Below are positions 58,701 through 64,000 of a stretch of DNA of 64,000 nucleotides, piece by piece; the stretch's first letter is position 1; each line of letters opens with the position of its first letter. Under the pieces are notes generated by a model. It made no database searches and was not told the DNA's origin. It worked only from the letters and a program-made list of their open reading frames with translations. Source of the DNA: Amoebophrya sp. A120 (taxonomy: Eukaryota > Protista > Dinoflagellata); contig CAJINV010000003.1 in NCBI GenBank assembly GCA_905178155.1, forward strand, positions 4,153,253-4,217,252, given 5' to 3'. A program made the position numbers and the translations under genes.

Positions 58701-61700
58701 TGCCCTTGTTGTGCGGAAAGAGAGTAGGTGGTGGTCGTTTGGGTTTGACTATGTTGTAAGCCATACGTGAAAAGTTGCCGGTCACTGGGTCCCGTTTCCG
58801 GGCTAACTCCCACGTCTCGTTCCGCCACCAATACCATGCGTATGTTTGGGGTATCTCCCCTCGTGGGGTAGCGTCCGCTGGCCGATTATATGGACGGTAT
58901 TGCGCTAGAAGCGACTCCTGCGTTTCTGTAGGAAATTTTTGAGGGACACATTGTTCACAATTGTGGCTCTATTTTGACGTGTGTCCGCAACCAGCAGATT
59001 ATATATCGAGTTTGCTCGCGGACGCGGAATACACAGGCACACATGCTACGGCTGTGTAGTTCCAATATTAGCAGTGTCAGTGACTGTCGTCGTGACAAGG
59101 GGTTGGCATTTTTGGCTGCTGACTGGCCCAATCAACAGCCAATGCCACCCTGTTGATCTTGCTGTTCGAAGCCATATTTCAAAAAATAAAAAACGATCGT
59201 AGTATACAATTACAAAATACATCACGAGAAGATGGATCCTCTAAATACCTGGATGCTTGACGACGTGTTGGTGACCAACATATTCCGGCTTAAAGTTCTT
59301 ATCATTGATTGTCGCCGGATCAGGCCATCCTGATCTATCCTCTTCCTCAGGTTGGGGCGGCAGTCGGGACTTCGTCGGGAGCGACTCCAATGCTGCGGCG
59401 GACAGGGGCTGCACTACCGGCCGGGGCGATTCTCGGGGTCCATCGGACCACTGATCAGCTGCTCGCGAAGCGCGTGTGTTGTCGACACTTATTTCTGCCG
59501 TGCTGCCATAACTCACGATGGCGGTGCTTGTCGTTGCAAAGGTTGGAGTATCCATCTCGTTCTTGAGGATGTTCTTGCTCGTCCTCGTTCCCCGGGTTCC
59601 GGCGTCTCTCTCCTTACTACTGCGCTCTTTCCGTTGGCTCTGTTCCACGCCTTGATCGGGGTGCAGCTCCGAAGCTTCAATCTCTGATTGATTCGCGGCC
59701 GCTTCTGCAGTAGCGACAGCGTGCTCCGTTTCTTCTCTCGTTAACGCAGGAACAGGGAGGCGCTTCTTCGAGCTTACGGCCGGTTGATTCGATGCTTCAT
59801 CAACATCATCGGGAGCCAGCTGAAGGTCTTGTTTGGCTTTGGAACCTCCAGGCCCCTGCTCTTTGCCTTTGTGCTTCGTGCCGGTCGTAGTTACAGCTGC
59901 TCCACCTGCTGCGCTTGCTTTGACTCGTCCCGCTTTGGCTTTCGCTTTAGCCTTCGTCGCAGTCTTGTTTTTCGCGCTCTTCGGCCCCGCTTTAGCTTTA
60001 TTGGTCGACGCCTTTGCATTCGCTTTGTTTTTTGCAGCAGCTCCCGCACCGTGCTTCGAAGTACCTCCAGGCGCGGGCTTTCGCACATTGCTTCCTCGTG
60101 CATTGTGCTTTTTTGCGCCGATTTCTCCATCTGCCTCGCCAGAAAATACGGACCCGGCTTCCGACCCCGACCCATCCTGTTCTTCTTCACTCTCGTCCTC
60201 ATCATCCTGATCTTCTTCGCTGTCCTCCGCATCTTCGGGATTAGGATTAGCGACAGTCTTCCTGCTCACCATTCCCATTCGCGACGATGAGTTTGCAGCT
60301 CCTGCTCCCGCAGCTGCCCCGGCGCCCTTGCTTTTTCCCCCGGCATTCCTAGATGCTTTTCGTCGCTCACGCGCAGTTTGTGCCAATACAGCAGCCTTCC
60401 CACCACCGCCTCTGGCAGTCGCCTTGCTTCCCACCTTCGCTTTCGCTTTTCCTCTCGGGGCCGCGGCAGTTTCCTCCTCTTGTGAGGAAGGCACATAGTT
60501 GTCATCCGAGTCTTCTTCATCTTCGTCCTCCTCTTCTTCCTCCTCCGCGGCCGACTCCGAAACTTCAACCTCCAAGGGACCTTGGTCCATCACATCTTCC
60601 GCAGGTGCTGTCGCTTTTTTGGTCGTTGACCCTGAGGGCGGCGCTACACGACTTGCGGCCCCGCCCTGGGCAGCTCTACTTTGCTGTCGACCGCGCGGCC
60701 CGCCTGCTGCCTTCGACTGTGGTTTTGTCGTCGACTTCTTGTTCGCCGTCGTGTTCCTCTGCTTGCCAGTATTTTCCTCACTGGCGGCAGCACTTTTCGC
60801 CGCTCTCCACTCCTCAAACTCCTTCGTCCACTGAGGCAGGTAATCTGTGGTGCGCATTGTAAATAACGATAATCTCAGGATCGCTTTAAGTAGACACAAC
60901 TACACGCATCTTCATCTTGACCTAGTACTCATGCTTGTCTATTACATACTTACATCGGTCATCATAATCAAAAGAATTTGGGCCGTAGCAGTAAGTGCTA
61001 TACCTTCGTCATAATGCGCGGCCCCGGAGACCCAGAAAATGTCATTATCTTGCTTTTCCCTGTGCCATTCCGGCAAGTCGTTCGGGTCCAGCACGAGTTT
61101 CGGATCGGTCTTCTGACGCGTGCGCTCCGCTACGTCAAAAGGAATCTCGTGCGTTTCGGTGGGGCGCAGGTAGCAACGGAAGTAGATGCGGGCGAAGTGC
61201 TCGTCCTTGTCCAGCATGGTGTGCAGACACAACCCGTCCGCATACTCCACGGCTTCCTCGGCGAGCTCCTCATTCGCAAAGGTGACGACCACCACATCCT
61301 TCTGCTCGTTGTAGAATGCCGCGGTCACCACCTCGACAAAGTCCGGCACGATCGGCCCGGTCGGACCCCGTCGCTTGCCCCCATAGTCCTTAATAAGCTG
61401 CTCGAACCGCTTCCCGTAAAAGCACTCCTCAAAAAAGGCCCGGACCTGTGAAGGTGGAAAGCGATGATACGTTGGGAATTCTTGAAAATACACCAGTCCA
61501 AGTTCTTGATGCAACTGTTTTTTTTTTAGTACAACATCGTGGAGAACGCGACAAACGCTGAAAAAACTGAAGCGAACGTTTTTGGTTTTCGTTCATGCAG
61601 AAAGAACTTGTTGAAAAACCATCACAGCCGCCATGATTCCTTTTTTCCAACCAGATCCACGGGCAACAAAAGGCACGCGATATTTTTGATTTTGATCAAC

Positions 61701-61730
61701 CCTGGTGGCGTCTTCATGCACAGCTGTCAT
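49750..61730 (-). CDS. Giant (~3,665 aa) protein: divergent N-terminal RRM-like domain, Lys/Ala- and acidic-rich tracts, RS/RG-rich region, short LRR-like segment, globular C-terminus
   Basis: Exons 61730-61701, 61514-61004, 60844-59249, 58925-53594 and 53278-49750 total 10,998 nt, divisible by 3, with all joins GT-AG and in phase. RRM-like text: LVYFQEFP...QVRAFFEE...VVVVTFANEELAEEAVEYADGL. RS tract: RRERRRSRRSRSRGSRSPGR. LRR-like text: IDMLDLSYNVHLSD...TISLKGC. Confidence 0.75.
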
Positions 61731-63823
61731 GGCAATTGGTGAAGGTGATAGCGCTAGGCGAAGAGAGCCATCATCAACTCTCTGTGCGAGAACCTCTATT
61801 TATCGCCTCGACGTGGACGTCGTGCGTCTGCTGCGTCGACTTATTTAAGTTTGTATTTGTAATTTGTTCTCCTGTAGTACTTACAATACCTGCGTTGTGT
61901 GGTCACGAAACTGCTGTTTGTCGATTTTCGGCAAGATGTCAGCAGGAACCCAAACATCGCACATTTTGCTGCAAGCGGTCCTGGCTGTCGGAGGCTTTGC
62001 TCAAGGAGGACTCCCACAGCGAAGAGCTTGTTGTCCAATCGTGACCACGCGTAGTTTCGTGGTTTGTTCCAAATCCAATAGCCGCGGTTACATAACGATA
62101 ACACCAGACGACCCAGAGGACGAGACTGCTTCTACTTCTGTAACCAAACTTTACGGAGCATTTCAGTAATTTTGTAGCTGCGATTCGATGAAATAATGAA
62201 AATCGGTTCGAGGCCGCGACGGGACTGCTTCATTTCAACTTGATGGCTCCACCTCGCCATGCTCGCGTCTTTCAGATTCGTTCCTCTGCGGATGAGATTA
62301 GGGTACTTATTTTCGCTCGTTCGCCGCAACACGCAGATCCAAAGCGAATTCTGGAAAGTTCAAGTCGGAGATATTCTTCAACAGCGTGGTGTAATGTGAA
62401 GGCACAGGCAGTCTGGTTGGATTCACACTGGAAACTCTATTCAGCTCCAGGTCGGTCCTCCTCGGAAAAACCTAAAAATACCCTCCGATCATGGCTCAAG
62501 AAAACTTCAGAAATGACACGTTCGCGGAAAGTAGTTGAAATCCAAATCAGAGTCAATAGCAATAATTTAGTGGTACAAAGAAATAAAAGGAAATCCCAAA
62601 TCGACAAAATGGATCGATTTGAGACCTTTCTTGTTCACCTCTGTCTACATACTCGAAAAGTCACGAAAAAACGTGGCCAACATTTTTGTATATGAAACTA
62701 CACGAGGCATTTACATTTTCGGAAAAAAACCAAGTAACTTCCTAGGAAACCGATATATTTCTTCCTCTTCAGGGCTACTCTCTGTGGTCGCTGTGTAGTC
62801 GGTGGTGTGAAAAACAATTTGACTCACAATCATAGTCATCATCGAAATCGATCTCCGTAAGAGCTCCAGGAACTGGTGGCACGATTAGGCCAGTCTCCAT
62901 ACATGAAGGTCATTCGCGTGTTTGTGTTTCATAAACGCTAAACGCCATTTGTTGGATTGATTTGGAGCTGCGCGTTTGCAGCTGGTGAAGCAGAAGATCT
63001 TCAACGAAAGATCAAGATCTCGCTGTCGAACTCGCGCGAACTCGCACAAGCACACGGAAGAAAGTGCGAGTGGTGCCTTTCTTGTTCGTCTAGACAAAAC
63101 AAGAAGACTGTATTTCATTTAGATTTATCAATCTTTATGAGCCACTTGGACTTGCCGAAACAAGTAAATCAAAGGACCACCACGTCGATGTGGATCTTTT
63201 TGGTTCTACTCTTTCGAAGATCTTCTGCGACGACGACAAGCATCTGCTTTCGCACCGCAAAACGTGATGTGTACCTGCGAACAGCGATCACAGACACAGC
63301 GACCAAGATAGTATCGTCTGCATTTTCATTTGTTGAAAGGAGTGTATCACGGGTGATTTTTATCCTGCTTTCTGACCCTGTAACTTCGTGCGCGGCTGCC
63401 AGTTTATCAAGATTTATCCATGTCACTTGATGTGATCAAAATCGCCTGCGTTTTGTTGATGACGATGTTGACCAATCACATCCATAGATACTCTCGATGA
63501 TCATGGACACGGGTCACCAAATTTTATTCAGTTCCGCTATTTTTTGTCTTAGTTTTTGATCTTGGATCCTTGCCTTGCCTGCAAAGATCGGAAAAGAAAA
63601 GATAGAGAAGTAGAAGCTGAAGCGCGGGAGCTTACTTCTTGCGTTCACGACTATACTAATTTTTGTTTACTAAACTAAGTGAGATCTCGTTCTCGACAAC
63701 ATTTTCGGGAGGAAGAGGGAAGCATAGGGGGTTAAAGAACATAGGAACTTTATGTTCATTTTTTTACTTTATATGGGACGCAGCTAGTCCTAATTTAGAT
63801 TTACAGATAATAACGAACAAAAA

Positions 63824-64000
63824 CTAGAGTGCAAGCCAGAAGTTTTCGCGGTCTTTCGGCCCTTCTTCTAGCAACACTTCCCCGTCGAGCGTGAGGATGC
63901 GACCCGCCATAGGGCGCCCCGCGAGCTGCTGCCTGGCGAGTTTCTCGAGAAAGTCGAACCCCACGTCCTGCAGCGGCAGGCAGTTCATCACCAGCAACCG
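63824..64000 (-). CDS. 3' end of a gene entering from beyond the window (unknown product)
   Basis: GC-rich open frame RLLVMNCLPLQDVGFDFLEKLARQQLAGRPMAGRILTLDGEVLLEEGPKDRENFWLAL*, ending at TAG 63826-63824 and followed by AT-rich DNA. Confidence 0.7.
   Translation of the reverse strand, partial: RLLVMNCLPLQDVGFDFLEKLARQQLAGRPMAGRILTLDGEVLLEEGPKDRENFWLAL

Noticed and set aside
1-64000. Genome-wide stop-codon reassignment
   Set aside because: Multi-kilobase exons are free of TAA/TAG/TGA and genes terminate with all three stop codons.

Overview
Eukaryotic, intron-containing genomic DNA with GC-rich exons and short (~110-330 nt) AT-rich introns. Every gene I can support lies on the minus strand, forming one co-oriented cluster across the 64 kb. 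That layout, a strong G preference at the first base after splice acceptors, proteins inflated by low-complexity insertions and a short-tailed PP1 suggest an alveolate of the dinoflagellate lineage, possibly a Syndiniales/Amoebophrya-like parasite (inference, not proven). By coordinate the genes are: two tandem DUF4116-repeat paralogues, a rhomboid protease, a MOT2/MFSD5-type MFS transporter with a large N-terminal ectodomain, a DHHC palmitoyltransferase, a large signal-peptide protein with a degenerate FkbM-like domain, PP1, a HemY-type protoporphyrinogen oxidase, a multi-exon unknown gene, a ~3,665-aa RRM/RS-rich/LRR-like protein and the 3' end of one more gene. Exon joins were worked out by hand by matching GT-AG sites to reading phase. 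The most striking feature is a 1,500-bp repeat-rich insert (43790-45289) flanked by a perfect 48-bp direct repeat that duplicates a splice acceptor, so the insert could be spliced out. Several introns also have terminal inverted repeats resembling introner elements. No rRNA, tRNA or CRISPR array was recognised.
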